Shown: positions 47,298 through 57,880, counted from the stretch's first letter. The stretch: DNA of 64,000 nt from a candidate division FCPU426 bacterium (GCA_040756875.1 JBFLYH010000003.1:64001-128000); one strand, 5' to 3'. Numbers and translations: made by a program. The notes: a model not told the origin generated them from the sequence alone.

Positions 47298-48160
47298 TGC
47301 TTCCACAGCAGTTTCCAGGGATTCTCCCGCAACTCCCGCACCAGGGCCTTCAAATTGTTGGCCATGTCCTTGTCGTTGAACAGCGCGCCCAGGGGCGTAT
47401 CGGTCTTTTCCATATTGGAGACCTGCGCGTCCAGGCGGCTGCTCAGGGACCGCAGCTTGTCCAGCGTCACTTCGATGTTTTTGCGGTTGTCTTCGGACAG
47501 CAGTTTTTCCAGTTCGCTGGTCACGTTCTCCATTTCCGCGGTCAGGCGGTTCACGGATTTCGCGGCCACGGTGAAATCGCCGACCGAACGGTTGATGTTC
47601 CGTTCGTTCACCTCGACCAGGCGGTCCAGACGCTTGGACAGGCTGCTGAAATTTTTCATCATGTCGCCGAACGAGGTTTTCAGCTCTGGATCGCCCAGGA
47701 GCATCTTGATCGAGTCCGCCACCTGGCCCAGGCGCTGAAAAGCCTTGTCAATATTGGTCGGTTCGACACCTTCGATCCGCGCGTTTTCCTCGATGTATTC
47801 GCCCGTGTCCTCCGCGGTCACGACGTTGAGGTACTTGTCGCCCATGAGCCCCTTGGAGAGGATTTGGAACCTGGCGCTGGTGGGGATCTTGACGTTGTGG
47901 TTGACCATGACCTTCAGCTGGATCCGCTCGCCCTGCACGTCGATGGCCTCCACGCTGCCGATCTTGACGCCGCCGCCGATCACCACGTCGGCCTGCGGTT
48001 TGATCGCGTCCACGAACTGGAAGGAGACGTAGATCGGATAGCCGGCCTTGCCGAAGCGGACTTTCTCGACCGTGAAAATGATGACCGCGAGCATGATCAG
48101 GGCGACCGCGGCTGTAATGCCGACCTTGAGCTCGAGGGCGGTGGTTTTTCTTTGCGGCAT
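47294..48160 (-). CDS. mlaD: MCE/MlaD family protein
   Basis: TM anchor, 'GVKIGSV', 'GLMGDKYL' and a helical C-terminus. Confidence 0.85.
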   Translation of the reverse strand: MPQRKTTALELKVGITAAVALIMLAVIIFTVEKVRFGKAGYPIYVSFQFVDAIKPQADVVIGGGVKIGSVEAIDVQGERIQLKVMVNHNVKIPTSARFQILSKGLMGDKYLNVVTAEDTGEYIEENARIEGVEPTNIDKAFQRLGQVADSIKMLLGDPELKTSFGDMMKNFSSLSKRLDRLVEVNERNINRSVGDFTVAAKSVNRLTAEMENVTSELEKLLSEDNRKNIEVTLDKLRSLSSRLDAQVSNMEKTDTPLGALFNDKDMANNLKALVRELRENPWKLLWKQ

Positions 48161-48170
48161 GGGAGTCCTC

Positions 48171-48950
48171 CTAGACCAACCGGATCGGGCCTTGGGCCGA
48201 ACCGGTGATGAATTGATGGATGAGGGGATTTTTGGACCGCCGGATCTGATCCGGCGTGCCCACGCCCACGATGCGCCCCTCGTGCAGCATCGCGATGCGG
48301 TCGGCGATTTTGTAGGCGCTGACCATGTCGTGCGTCACCACCAGGGACGTGACCGAGAGTTTCCGCTTCATCTCGATGATGAGGTCGTTGATGGCGTCCG
48401 CGGTGATGGGGTCCACGCCCGTGGTCGGCTCGTCGTAGAGGATGACCTCCGGGCTCATGGCCACGGCCCGCGCCAGGGCCACGCGCTTCTTCATGCCGCC
48501 CGAAAGCTCGGAGGGAAACTGCTCCTCGATGTTCTTCAGGCCCACCAGGGCGAGACGGTCGCGCACGATGTGCTTGATCTCCGCCTCGGACAGGGTCTTC
48601 ATGCGCCGCAACCCGAAGCTGACGTTGTCCTCCACGGACAGGGAGTCGAACAGGGCCGCGCCCTGAAAGAGCATGCCGAAGTGCTTGCGGAACTCCGCCT
48701 GCTCCGCAGGCGTGGCCGAGGTGATGTCGTGCTCCTCGTAGAACACCCGGCCGTCGTCCGGCTCGAGCAGGTTGAGGATGCACTTCAGGAGCACGCTCTT
48801 CCCGCCGCCCGAACGGCCAATGATCACCATGGTCTCGCCCTTGCGGATCTCCAGGTCGGCGCCGCGCAGGACATAGTTGCCGCCGAAGCGCTTGTGAAGA
48901 CCATCAATCCGGAGCAAGATCCGGTCGCGGGCGGATTCAGAAGATCGCAT
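48171..48950 (-). CDS. mlaF: ABC transporter ATP-binding protein, MlaF family
   Basis: Motifs 'GRSGGGKS', 'LSGGMKKRVALARA' and 'YDEPTTG'. Confidence 0.88.
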   Translation of the reverse strand: MRSSESARDRILLRIDGLHKRFGGNYVLRGADLEIRKGETMVIIGRSGGGKSVLLKCILNLLEPDDGRVFYEEHDITSATPAEQAEFRKHFGMLFQGAALFDSLSVEDNVSFGLRRMKTLSEAEIKHIVRDRLALVGLKNIEEQFPSELSGGMKKRVALARAVAMSPEVILYDEPTTGVDPITADAINDLIIEMKRKLSVTSLVVTHDMVSAYKIADRIAMLHEGRIVGVGTPDQIRRSKNPLIHQFITGSAQGPIRLV

Positions 48951-49764
48951 AGAGCTGGGTCAGGAAATAATCAGCGATCAGGATGGTGATCGAGGCGTTC
49001 ACCACCGCGCCGGTGGTCGCGCGCCCCACGCCCACGGCCCCGCCCTGGGTGTTGAATCCGCGGTAGAGCGCGAACAGGGCGAGGATGACGGCGAAGAAGA
49101 AACTCTTGGAAAGCCCTGAAAACACGTCGGAAAATTCAACCGTGCTGCGGGCGCCCTCCCAATAGACCGTGGAACTCAGCCCCAGGTGATATGAAGCCAC
49201 CAGCCAGCCGCCCATGGAGCCGAACACGTCCGCGAGGATCGTGAGCAGCGGGATCATGCACAACACGGCCACAAAGCGGGGCACGCCGATGTATTCCACC
49301 GGGTTGGCCGCCAGGGTCCTCAGGGCGTCGATCTGCTCCGTGATCTTCATGGAACCGATCTCGGCGGCCATGGCCGATCCCACGCGGCCCGTGACCAGGA
49401 TCGCGGTCAGGACCGGCCCCAGCTCGCGGATGAGGGAGAGGTTGACGATGTTGCCGATGAACACCGACGTGCCCTGGATCTTGGATTCCAGGGTGACGCC
49501 CGTCTGCAGGGCCAGCACCATGCCCGTGAACAACGCCGTGGTCAGGACCACGGGAATGGAGTCCACCCCCACCCGCACCATTTGTTCGAGCAGGGGCTGG
49601 TAGTAAAACCGCCTGAGCTTGCGCGGGTGCGAAAACAAGTTGAAGGTGGCGGCCAGAAGTTCACCCAGGAGGATGAAAAGCTGCCCGATCTCCTGGACGA
49701 CGGTGATGACGGGTTGGGAAAAGCGCTCGGAGAATTTCCAAACCCACAACAGGTTCCGGTTCAT
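48937..49764 (-). CDS. mlaE: ABC transporter permease, MlaE family
   Basis: 'RELGPVLTAILVTGRVGSAMAAEIGSMKITEQIDAL'. Confidence 0.9.
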   Translation of the reverse strand: MNRNLLWVWKFSERFSQPVITVVQEIGQLFILLGELLAATFNLFSHPRKLRRFYYQPLLEQMVRVGVDSIPVVLTTALFTGMVLALQTGVTLESKIQGTSVFIGNIVNLSLIRELGPVLTAILVTGRVGSAMAAEIGSMKITEQIDALRTLAANPVEYIGVPRFVAVLCMIPLLTILADVFGSMGGWLVASYHLGLSSTVYWEGARSTVEFSDVFSGLSKSFFFAVILALFALYRGFNTQGGAVGVGRATTGAVVNASITILIADYFLTQLYAIF

Positions 49765-50900
49765 ACCCGGCCTCCTTGAAAACGCCGCGGCACGCGGCTG
49801 CCGATCGTGCTCACGACCTCGTAGGAAATGGTCTTCAGGGTCCCGGCCATGCGTTCGGCGCCGAGCGTTTGCCGGCCCTGCCGGCCGATCAAGACCGCTT
49901 CTTCGCCGGCCTGCACCTCTCCCAGACCGGTGACGTCCGCCAGGCACATGTCCATGCACACGCGGCCCACCACCGGGCATTCCCGGCCGCGCACCAGCAC
50001 GGTCCCCCGGTTGGAGAGGCCGCGCGAGTATCCGTCCGCGTAACCCACGGGCAGGGTGGCGATGCGCGAGGGCCGGCGCGTGGTGAAAGTGTGGCCGTAG
50101 GAGAGCCCGGTGCCGGCCGGGACCTGCTTCACCTGGATGATCCGCGTGCGCCAGCTCAACACGGGCCGCAAGGCCGCCCGGCGGCGCAGGCGCGGCGCCG
50201 GATAGAGTCCGTACAGCATGAGCCCGGGCCGGACCATGTCCGCGTGCGCTTCGGGCGTCTCCATGACTGCGGCCGAATTGGCCATGTGCACCGCGAAGCC
50301 GCGGCCGCCCGCTTCCCGGGCTGCTTGGGCCGCGTCGCACTGCAACTTGATTTGCCGGCGCAGGAGGGTGCGGTCGCCTCCGTCCGCGTTGGCGAAATGG
50401 GTGAAGACGCCGGCCAGCGAAAGTCCGGGCTGGGTTAGCAGCCAGCGGACGAACGAGCCGGTTTCCTCCGGATGGATGCCGATCCGGCCCATGCCTGTGT
50501 CCACTTTAACGTGCACGCCCAGCCGCCGGCCCCGGCGCCGGGCCGCCTGGGCCAGGGCCCGCACCTGCACGGCCGAGACGACCGTCGGCGCCAGCCCGAG
50601 GCGCGCGACCTCGGCCGCCTCCTGGGGCTGGACCAGCCCGAACACCACCAGGGGCTTGCGGATTCCGGCCTCCCGCAGTTCTCGGCCCTCCTCCACCGTG
50701 GCCACGCCCAGCTGGTCCACTCCCGCGGCCGCGAGCACACGGGAGCAGGCCACGGCGCCGTGGCCGTAGGCATTGGCCTTGACCACGGCCAGGATGCGGG
50801 TCGTCCGGCCCACGAGTTTCCGGACCTGTCCGAAGTTCCAGCGCAGGGCCGCAAGATCGATCTCCGCCCAGGTGGGGCGGCCGGCGGGGAGGGCGCCCAT
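49761..50900 (-). CDS. alr: Alanine racemase
   Basis: Motifs 'VVKANAYGHG', 'KVDTGMGRIG', 'GYADG' and 'GRVCMD'. Confidence 0.96.
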   Translation of the reverse strand: MGALPAGRPTWAEIDLAALRWNFGQVRKLVGRTTRILAVVKANAYGHGAVACSRVLAAAGVDQLGVATVEEGRELREAGIRKPLVVFGLVQPQEAAEVARLGLAPTVVSAVQVRALAQAARRRGRRLGVHVKVDTGMGRIGIHPEETGSFVRWLLTQPGLSLAGVFTHFANADGGDRTLLRRQIKLQCDAAQAAREAGGRGFAVHMANSAAVMETPEAHADMVRPGLMLYGLYPAPRLRRRAALRPVLSWRTRIIQVKQVPAGTGLSYGHTFTTRRPSRIATLPVGYADGYSRGLSNRGTVLVRGRECPVVGRVCMDMCLADVTGLGEVQAGEEAVLIGRQGRQTLGAERMAGTLKTISYEVVSTIGSRVPRRFQGGRV

Positions 50901-52258
50901 TACGCGACCCCCGCGGGCAGGCGGAAAGACATGCTGTCGAAGCGCGTGTACTGCTGGTTGAAGATCAGCTTGACCGTTCCGGTCGGCCCGTTGCGCTGCT
51001 TGGCTACGATGATTTCGGCAGTCTTGTCCTCGCGCTTGTCCTGGTTGTAGTAGGCTTCGCGGTAAATGAACGCCACCACGTCCGCGTCCTGTTCGATGGC
51101 GCCGGATTCGCGCAGGTCGGACAGCTGCGGCCGCCGGCCCTCGCCGCCGCGCGACTCGGGCGCGCGCGAAAGCTGCGACAGCACCAGCACGGGCACGCGC
51201 AGCTCCTTGGCCAGGCTTTTCAGGCTGCGGGAAATGCCGGCGATTTCCTGCTGGCGGTTGTCCGTTCGCCCCAGGCCGGGCATCATCTGGATGTAGTCGA
51301 TCATGATCAGGCCGACGTGCTGCTCGGCCTTGAGGCGCCGGGCCTTGGAACGGATCTCCAGCACGTTGCAGCTGGGCGAATCGTCGATGAACACGGGCGA
51401 GTCGAACAGGCGGCCGGCGGCCATGGACAAATGCCCCAGGTCGCCCTCGCCCAGCCGTCCGGTGCGCACGTTTTTCAGGTCCACCCGGGCCTCGGCGCAG
51501 AGCATGCGCGTGACCAGCGATTCCGAGCTCATTTCCATGGAAAACACCACCACCGGAATCTTGGCTTCCAGGGCCGCGTGGGCGGCGATGTTGAGCGCCA
51601 GCGCGGTCTTGCCCATGGAGGGGCGCGCGGCGAGGATGACCAGTTCCCCGGGCTGCAGCCCCGCGGTCATCTGGTCGAGTTCCGAAAAACCGGTGGGCAC
51701 GCCGGTAATGTGCGATTCATGTTTGGACAGGTTCTCCACCATCTCCATGGCGTCGTGGATCACGTCGCGGATGGCCAGAACCGAACCCCGCTGGCGGTCC
51801 TGGGAGAGGTCGAAGATCGCCTTCTCAGCTTGGTCCAGCAACTGGTCGGCGTTCTCCTCCTCGCCGTAGCAGCGGCCGACCACCTGCGTGGCCGTGCGGA
51901 TCAGGCTGCGCAGCAGGTACTTCTCCTTGACGATGCGGGCGTAATGCTCCACATGGGCCGTGGTCGGCACCAGGTCGGTCAGGCTGGTCAGGTACGCGGC
52001 GCCGCCGATCCGTTCCAGTTCGCCCCAGCGGGTCAGCAGGTCGGTCAGGGTGATGTAGTCCACGGGCTCGTTGCGGTTGTAAAGGTCGAGGATGGCGCGG
52101 AAGATGGTGCGGTGGGTTTCCTGATAAAAAGCGTCTTCCTTGAGCAGTTCCAGCACGCGGGCGATGGCCTCGGCGTCGAGCAGCATGGCGCCTAGCGTGG
52201 AACGCTCAGCTTCCAGGTTCTGCGGCGGTATTTTATCCGGGGCTGGAACAGACGTCAT
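50900..52258 (-). CDS. dnaB: Replicative DNA helicase
   Basis: Motifs 'AARPSMGKT', 'LSQLSR', 'LRESGAIEQDAD' and 'KQRNGPTG'. No intein. Confidence 0.97.
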   Translation of the reverse strand: MTSVPAPDKIPPQNLEAERSTLGAMLLDAEAIARVLELLKEDAFYQETHRTIFRAILDLYNRNEPVDYITLTDLLTRWGELERIGGAAYLTSLTDLVPTTAHVEHYARIVKEKYLLRSLIRTATQVVGRCYGEEENADQLLDQAEKAIFDLSQDRQRGSVLAIRDVIHDAMEMVENLSKHESHITGVPTGFSELDQMTAGLQPGELVILAARPSMGKTALALNIAAHAALEAKIPVVVFSMEMSSESLVTRMLCAEARVDLKNVRTGRLGEGDLGHLSMAAGRLFDSPVFIDDSPSCNVLEIRSKARRLKAEQHVGLIMIDYIQMMPGLGRTDNRQQEIAGISRSLKSLAKELRVPVLVLSQLSRAPESRGGEGRRPQLSDLRESGAIEQDADVVAFIYREAYYNQDKREDKTAEIIVAKQRNGPTGTVKLIFNQQYTRFDSMSFRLPAGVA

Positions 52259-52412
52259 GCTGCCGCCTCACACAAGGACATGAAAAACTTTCGCTTCCCA
52301 CAGGACGGTCGCCGCTCCTGTCTGCGGGCGGCCCGAGCAGGGCGAAGACACTCAAATATTAATATATGGTGAAAAGCTTTGGCCACAAAAAAAGCGGATG
52401 TCGATGTCCGTT

Positions 52413-52895
52413 TCAGGCGGTTGCTTCAGGGGCCGGTTCGGCCGCCGGCGGCGTTTCAGATTGCACGACCACCGTCAACTCGGCTGCCACTTCCGGATGC
52501 AGTTTGACCTTTACTTTGAAGGTGCCGAGCGTCTTGATGGGCTCCTCCAGTTCGATTTTGCGTTTGTCCACTTCGAAACCGCGTTGGGCCAGTTTCTGCT
52601 CAATGTCCGAGGCCGTGACCGACCCGAACAATTTCCCGCCTTCGCCCGCGGTGGCGGTGAACACCAGCGGCTGTCCGGCCAGCTCTTCGGCCTGGTACTG
52701 CGCGTCGAGCTGCACCCGGCGTTCGCGGCCCTTTTTGCTGTTCAACTCCTGCTGCAGCCGCTTGAGATTGGAGGGCGTGGCCGCCACGGCCAGCTTTTTA
52801 GGCAGCAGGTAATTCCGGCCGTATCCCTCGGCGACCGTCACCGTGTCGCCGGCCCGGCCCAGGCTTTTTACGTCTTCGCGCAAAATGAGTTTCAT
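52413..52895 (-). CDS. rplI: 50S ribosomal protein L9
   Basis: Motifs 'GYGRNYLLP' and 'KLFGSVT'. Confidence 0.96.
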   Translation of the reverse strand: MKLILREDVKSLGRAGDTVTVAEGYGRNYLLPKKLAVAATPSNLKRLQQELNSKKGRERRVQLDAQYQAEELAGQPLVFTATAGEGGKLFGSVTASDIEQKLAQRGFEVDKRKIELEEPIKTLGTFKVKVKLHPEVAAELTVVVQSETPPAAEPAPEATA

Positions 52896-52929
52896 GTGAA
52901 TCGCACTCCTTGGATGTTTCCGACGGCTT

Positions 52930-53694
52930 TCACGCCGTGCGTCCTTCGGCCTTCAGCCGCCGCCAGTCCCACCAGGTGTCCAGCACGCCCACCAGGGAGA
53001 GCAGCAGCCACAACGATGGCATCAGCGCCAGGGCCGCCAGGATCAAGACTTTGACCAGGCGGGGCACCTGTTTCCGCAACAGGTAATAAGCAACCACCGC
53101 CGCTCCGATCGTCAAATACAGGCAGGCCAGCACAATCAGCAGGTTGTATCCCGCCCAGGCGTACAGCGCGGGCAGCCGGCCGCTGAGAAGCTTCAGGACC
53201 AAACCGGCCAGCAACAACCAGACCACGTTGTCCGGCACCACCCATCTGCGGAAGGGCGTCCAGGCCATTTGCGCGCCCGGCAGTTTGGGGGCCGCTGTCC
53301 GGAAAACGCCGTAAACGGCAAGGGAAAAACCCATGGCCGCGGCGATCACCCAGCCCACGGCGCCGTCCCAAAAAACCTTCCTGACCATCCCCAGGGCCCG
53401 CTGCACTTCGGTTTCAGGCCAGCCCCATTGGCGGTAGAATTCCGCGGTCAGGTGAAGGCTGGTTTCAAACTCCTGGCGCCACCGGGCCAGCAGGCTCGCC
53501 GGATTCCATCCGCTGGCCAGCAGGCAGGCCGCAGCCAGCATGGCCAGCAACGCCAGCGTGCCCATGGCCACGCACTGTCCGGGCCGCTTCCCCATCTTCA
53601 ACCCCAGCCAGACGGCGCCGACCGCGCTTCCCGGAATTAGCCATCCGAACCAAAACCATAACGCCGGCGTCCATCCGAAATTCATACTCATCAA
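52930..53694 (-). CDS. DUF2232 (YybS-like) membrane protein
   Basis: Multi-TM protein ending 'VGVLDTWWDWRR', in the conserved position between rpsR and rplI. Confidence 0.75.
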   Translation of the reverse strand: MMSMNFGWTPALWFWFGWLIPGSAVGAVWLGLKMGKRPGQCVAMGTLALLAMLAAACLLASGWNPASLLARWRQEFETSLHLTAEFYRQWGWPETEVQRALGMVRKVFWDGAVGWVIAAAMGFSLAVYGVFRTAAPKLPGAQMAWTPFRRWVVPDNVVWLLLAGLVLKLLSGRLPALYAWAGYNLLIVLACLYLTIGAAVVAYYLLRKQVPRLVKVLILAALALMPSLWLLLSLVGVLDTWWDWRRLKAEGRTA

Positions 53695-53769
53695 TCCTCG
53701 AGGGCCAACCGTGCAGCGGATGAAGAATCAAAAGGGGAGGCGGTCATGCAGAACGGCGGCAGCCGTCTG

Positions 53770-54060
53770 TTATCCGGCGGTGTACGGAAGCAGTGCCAGG
53801 ACACGGGCGCGTTTCAAGGCCACAGTCAGCGCGCGCTGATGTTTGGCGCAGTTGCCGGTAATCCGCCGGGGCATGATCTTTCCCCGTTCGCTGATGTAGG
53901 CCCTGAGCAAGTCCGCTTGTTTATAATCGATATGGCGCACCTTATCCGCGCAGAAACGGCAACTCTTGCGGTGCGGCCGCCGCTTGCGCGTCGGGTCCTT
54001 CGGTCTGCCGCCCTTGAAGGGTCCTGGTTTGGATGGTCTGCTTGCTCCGGTGTCATTCAT
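53770..54060 (-). CDS. rpsR: 30S ribosomal protein S18
   Basis: Motifs 'CRFC', 'IDYK', '[14 protein letters not shown]' and 'LLPY'. Confidence 0.97.
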   Translation of the reverse strand: MNDTGASRPSKPGPFKGGRPKDPTRKRRPHRKSCRFCADKVRHIDYKQADLLRAYISERGKIMPRRITGNCAKHQRALTVALKRARVLALLPYTAG

Positions 54061-54075
54061 GCTTTGCTGCCTCGC

Positions 54076-54510
54076 TTAAAAAGGAATGTCGTCTTCCGGC
54101 GCGGCCTCGCCGCCGCCGGCAACTGGTTCGTGTTCCGCGCCGCCCGGGCGTTCGCTGCGGCTTTCGCCGCCGGCCGAACGCTTTCGTTCCAGGAACTGGA
54201 CCCGGTCGGCCACGACTTCAATCGTGGAGCGTTTCTGGCCGTCGTCGGTTTCCCATTGGCGGCTTTGCAGCCGGCCTTCGACGAAGATCGAGCTGCCCTT
54301 GGCCAGGTACTCGGCGCAATTCTCCGCCTGTTTGCCCCACACCACCACGTTGACGTACGTCACTTCTTCCTTCAACTCCCCGGCCTGGTTCTTGTAGGAC
54401 CGGTTAACCGCCAGGCGCAAGTTGGTCACCGCTGATCCGTTGGGAATGTACCGCAGTTCAGGATCGCGCGTCAAATTGCCCATGAGCAGGACGCGATTGT
54501 AATTGGCCAC
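54076..54510 (-). CDS. ssb: Single-stranded DNA-binding protein
   Basis: 'GNLTRDPELRY' and C-terminal 'DDIPF'. Confidence 0.97.
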   Translation of the reverse strand: MANYNRVLLMGNLTRDPELRYIPNGSAVTNLRLAVNRSYKNQAGELKEEVTYVNVVVWGKQAENCAEYLAKGSSIFVEGRLQSRQWETDDGQKRSTIEVVADRVQFLERKRSAGGESRSERPGGAEHEPVAGGGEAAPEDDIPF

Positions 54511-54514
54511 GGTT

Positions 54515-54934
54515 CTACTCCTGCGAAGCGCTCGTTGCGCCGCTCTCGGTCGGGTTCACGTCAACCACGGCGGCCGGTTCGCTGGCCACCGCCGGCGCGG
54601 CGGCCGGTTCGGGCCGCGGCCGGCGTTCCACGACCGGGGCCGGCTTGGTGGTGATTTTGGTGGAAAGATATTTCAGGACTTCGTCGCTGTTGCGGAGCAT
54701 GCGTTCCACTTCCTGGATCGTCTCCCCGCGCCCGCGGTACTGCAGCAGCACATAGTAGGCTGCGTTGAGTTTGTTCACTACGTAAGCGGTCTTGCGCACG
54801 CCCATCTTCTCGGCGGCCGTGACTTCTCCGTGCTTCTTCTCGATGCTCTCGCGCAGCCGTCCGAGAAATTCGTCGATCTTGTCCTCGGCCATGGTGGGCG
54901 GCAGCAAGAACATCGTTTCGTACGGGGTCTTCAT
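54515..54934 (-). CDS. rpsF: 30S ribosomal protein S6
   Basis: 'YETMFLL' and 'MGVRKTAY'; GGAGG RBS; rpsF-ssb-rpsR gene order. Confidence 0.92.
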   Translation of the reverse strand: MKTPYETMFLLPPTMAEDKIDEFLGRLRESIEKKHGEVTAAEKMGVRKTAYVVNKLNAAYYVLLQYRGRGETIQEVERMLRNSDEVLKYLSTKITTKPAPVVERRPRPEPAAAPAVASEPAAVVDVNPTESGATSASQE

Positions 54935-54993
54935 GCAACACCTCCGACTGTGGGCAACAGTCTCCAACCTGCTTTCCGGCTTGGAAAGCAAGC
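54935..54993 (-). promoter_or_regulatory. Possible S6:S18 ribosomal-protein leader
   Basis: CTTGCTTTCCAAGCCG (small hairpin followed by CCG) upstream of the rpsF RBS. Resemblance judged by eye only. Confidence 0.3.
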
Positions 54994-55025
54994 TATTTAA
55001 TTATTTTAATTATGGTAAAGCGGGA

Positions 55026-55054
55026 ATGATAGCATACTCGGTTTTCCGACGCAA
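55026..55054 (-). promoter_or_regulatory. Sigma70-type promoter of the rpsF operon
   Basis: TTGCGT-N17-TATCAT with an extended -10 TG. Confidence 0.55.
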
Positions 55055-55148
55055 TCATTTTATTCACAGAAATCATGCAGCCTTCGGCTTGACGCAGCCG
55101 CATCCGTGCGGCCGGTCCCCTTTGTATTTTCCTTATATTTCAAGCCTT

Positions 55149-55802
55149 TTAACCGGCCGCGTCCCAAATGACCCGGCGCAGTTCCCGCACCCTGGCCGCC
55201 ACGTCGGGCGCCTGCGTGATTTCCGTGACCATGGCCACGCGGCGGCAGCCCAGGCGCACTACTGCTTCGAGATTGTCCGCATGAATGCCGCCCATGACCG
55301 TAAAGGGGATTTTCACCAGCGGCAGCAAGGCTTCCAGGCCCGCGAGGCCGAGCGCGGACATTCCCGGACCCTTGGTGGCGGTCGCAAACACCGGGCCCAG
55401 GTTGAGGTAGTCGGCGTCCTGCGTCTGGGCGCGCAGCACTTCCTCGCGGTTGTGCGTGGATTGCCCCAGGATCAGTTCGGGCGCCTGGCGCCGCGCTTCG
55501 GAAAGCGGCGTGTCCTCCTGGCCCAGGTGCACGCCGTCCGCGGCGCTGGCCAGGGCCAGGTCCACGTCGTCGTTCACGATGAACAGCGCCTGGTGCCGGT
55601 CGCACAAGCGCCGGAATTCCCGCGCCAAGGCCAGCAGCTCCTCCCTGCCCTTTCCCTTCTCGCGCAGCTGCACGATCCGCGCGCCGCCGGCCAGCGCCTG
55701 TTCCAGCACGTCCAAACTGGCGCGCCCGGCGCAGAAAGCCCCGGTGATCACCGGATAGACGTCCGCCGCTTCGAACCGCCGCTTCCGCTCCCCGCGGGTC
55801 AT
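55149..55802 (-). CDS. thiE: Thiamine-phosphate synthase
   Basis: Motifs 'VQLREK', 'IVNDD', 'GVHLGQED', 'STH' and 'ATATK'. Confidence 0.93.
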   Translation of the reverse strand: MTRGERKRRFEAADVYPVITGAFCAGRASLDVLEQALAGGARIVQLREKGKGREELLALAREFRRLCDRHQALFIVNDDVDLALASAADGVHLGQEDTPLSEARRQAPELILGQSTHNREEVLRAQTQDADYLNLGPVFATATKGPGMSALGLAGLEALLPLVKIPFTVMGGIHADNLEAVVRLGCRRVAMVTEITQAPDVAARVRELRRVIWDAAG

Positions 55803-56953
55803 GCTTCTGCTCCCGTCGCGGCGGCCGCGAATCCGGCGTCCCAATCCTTCCACACGGGCTCGAAACCCAGGCGCTCGAGGCCGGCCGCGATGTCCGCCGC
55901 GCTGCGCCGGTCCTCCACCGTAAACTGCGCGGCAGCCGGCCGTTCGCCCACTCCGGCGCTGATGGCCGGATACCCGCCGGGTTCGGTGCAGCTGCCCGCG
56001 CTCATCTGGGTGAACCCCAGGCCCAGCAGATGGTCGCGCAGGGACTCAGGCTCCCGGGTCGAGAGCGAGAACGGCGCGTCCGGCAGAAACAGCCGCAACG
56101 CCGCGACCAGTTGCACGAACTGGCGGTCGCTCACCGGCTGCGGCGGCGCATAACCGCCGGTCGCTGGCCGCAGGCGGGGAAACGAAAGGGCCACGTTTGT
56201 GCGCCAGTACTGTTTTTGCAGGCTGCGGGCGTGCAGCCCCAGGTAATAAGCGTCCAGACGGAAATCCGCGAGCCCGAGCAGCGCGCCCAGGGACACCTGC
56301 CTGAGGCCGGCCGCAGCCGCCAGTTGGGGCGCCAGCAGCCGCTTCCTGAAGTCCCGTTTTTCGCCGCTGGGATGCACGGCCGCGTAGACTTCGGGCTGGT
56401 ACGTCTCCTGGTACAAGGCCAGGCCGTAGAGCCCGGCCTCAGCCAGGCTGCGGTACTCTTCGGCTTCCAGTGGATAGACTTCGAGGCTCAGTTCCGGAAA
56501 GCGCGGCCCGAGCCGCAGCAGGCACTGGCGCAGATACTCCACGGGCACGGATTTCCGCGACTCGCCTGACACCAGCAGCAGGTTTTGAAAACCCTGGTCA
56601 GCCAGGAATCCGGCCTGGGCTTCCACTTCGCCGAGCGACAGGGTGCGGCGACGGATGTCATGGCTGCGGTTGAAGCCGCAATACACGCAGGCATTGGTGC
56701 ACTCGTTGGAAACATACAAGGGCGCGTACAGCTTCATGACCCGGCCGAAGCGCCGGCGCGTGAGCGCCTGGGCCTGGCGGGCCATGGTTTCCAAGAACGG
56801 CTCGGCTGCCGAAGAAAGCAGGGCCAGCAGGTCCTCCGCCTCGAGGCGCGGCTTGGACAGGCTGCGTTCCACCTCCGCAGCGGTCAGGCCCGCCAATTGG
56901 CCGGCCAGGGTCTGCGGTGAAGGCTGTTGCTCAGGGGAAAAGCAGGGGTGCAT
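55799..56953 (-). CDS. thiH: 2-iminoacetate synthase (radical SAM)
   Basis: Motifs 'YAPLYVSNECTNACVYCGF', 'YQETY', 'SFPRLRP' and 'PVWKDWD'. Confidence 0.94.
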   Translation of the reverse strand: MHPCFSPEQQPSPQTLAGQLAGLTAAEVERSLSKPRLEAEDLLALLSSAAEPFLETMARQAQALTRRRFGRVMKLYAPLYVSNECTNACVYCGFNRSHDIRRRTLSLGEVEAQAGFLADQGFQNLLLVSGESRKSVPVEYLRQCLLRLGPRFPELSLEVYPLEAEEYRSLAEAGLYGLALYQETYQPEVYAAVHPSGEKRDFRKRLLAPQLAAAAGLRQVSLGALLGLADFRLDAYYLGLHARSLQKQYWRTNVALSFPRLRPATGGYAPPQPVSDRQFVQLVAALRLFLPDAPFSLSTREPESLRDHLLGLGFTQMSAGSCTEPGGYPAISAGVGERPAAAQFTVEDRRSAADIAAGLERLGFEPVWKDWDAGFAAAATGAEA

Positions 56954-56971
56954 GGGATCAGCTTCCTTAAC

Positions 56972-56999
56972 GTAGGGAGCGGGCAAACCCGCTCCCTAC
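56972..56999. repeat. GTAG-type REP palindrome (copy 3, divergent stem)
   Basis: Perfect stem GTAGGGAGCGGG-CAAA-CCCGCTCCCTAC. Confidence 0.7.
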
Positions 57000-57011
57000 A
57001 TCATATATATA

Positions 57012-57791
57012 TCATTTCTTAGATTGATCTAAAAAACCGGTGAGGGGGCTGGAGGCTTCGGCCTGTCCCTGGACCGCGCCCAGTCCGGACAGGAATCCCT
57101 GCCGCCCCGCGGCCACGGCCCAGCCGAAGGCCTCGGCCATGCGGACCGGGTCCTGCGCCACGGCCAGGGCCGTGTTGACCAGCACCGCGTCCGCGCCCAT
57201 TTCCATGGCTTCAGCCGCGTGCGAGGGCGCGCCCAAGCCCGCGTCCACCACCACCGGCACCCGGGCGTCCGCGATGATGAGCCCCAGGCTGTCTTTGGTG
57301 CGCAGGCCCTGGTTCGTGCCGATGGGCGAACCCAGGGGCATGACCGTGGCGGTCCCGGCCTCTTCCAGGCGCTTGGCCAGCACCGGGTCCGCATTAATAT
57401 ACGGCAGCACCACAAAACCCTCGGCCACCAGGATCTCGGCGGCCTTGAGGGTCTCCACCGGGTCAGGCAGGAGGTTGCGCGGATCAGGCGTGACCTCGAG
57501 CTTGACCCAGGCGTTGCCCGAGAGCGCGCGGGCCAGCCGCGCGATGCGGACCGCTTCCTCGGCCGTGCGCGCGCCCGAGGTGTTGGGCAGGATCAGATAG
57601 CGCTGCGGATCCAGTGCCGCCAGGGTCGGGTCAGCCGGCTGCTTGAGGTCCACCCGCCGCAGGGCCACGGTCACCACTTCCGCGCCCGAAGCCTCCACGG
57701 CCGCAGCCATGACCGCGGGCGAGGAAAACTTTCCCGTGCCCACGAACAGCCGCGATTTGACCGCCCGGCCGGCGATGATCAGTTCATCCAT
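57012..57791 (-). CDS. thiG: Thiazole synthase
   Basis: Motifs 'RLFVGTGK', 'LPNTSG', 'WVKLEV', 'VMPLGSPIG' and 'VDAGLG'. Confidence 0.96.
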   Translation of the reverse strand: MDELIIAGRAVKSRLFVGTGKFSSPAVMAAAVEASGAEVVTVALRRVDLKQPADPTLAALDPQRYLILPNTSGARTAEEAVRIARLARALSGNAWVKLEVTPDPRNLLPDPVETLKAAEILVAEGFVVLPYINADPVLAKRLEEAGTATVMPLGSPIGTNQGLRTKDSLGLIIADARVPVVVDAGLGAPSHAAEAMEMGADAVLVNTALAVAQDPVRMAEAFGWAVAAGRQGFLSGLGAVQGQAEASSPLTGFLDQSKK

Positions 57792-57817
57792 GTGTTCCGT
57801 ATTTCCTTTCATGTCAT

Positions 57818-57845
57818 GTAGGGGCGTTCAAGCGAACGCCCCTAC
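57818..57845. repeat. GTAG-type REP palindrome (copy 4)
   Basis: GTAGGGGCGTTC-AAGC-GAACGCCCCTAC. Confidence 0.75.
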
Positions 57846-57880
57846 GCGATCTTGGGGCCTTGATTCGCTTCCGGAATGAT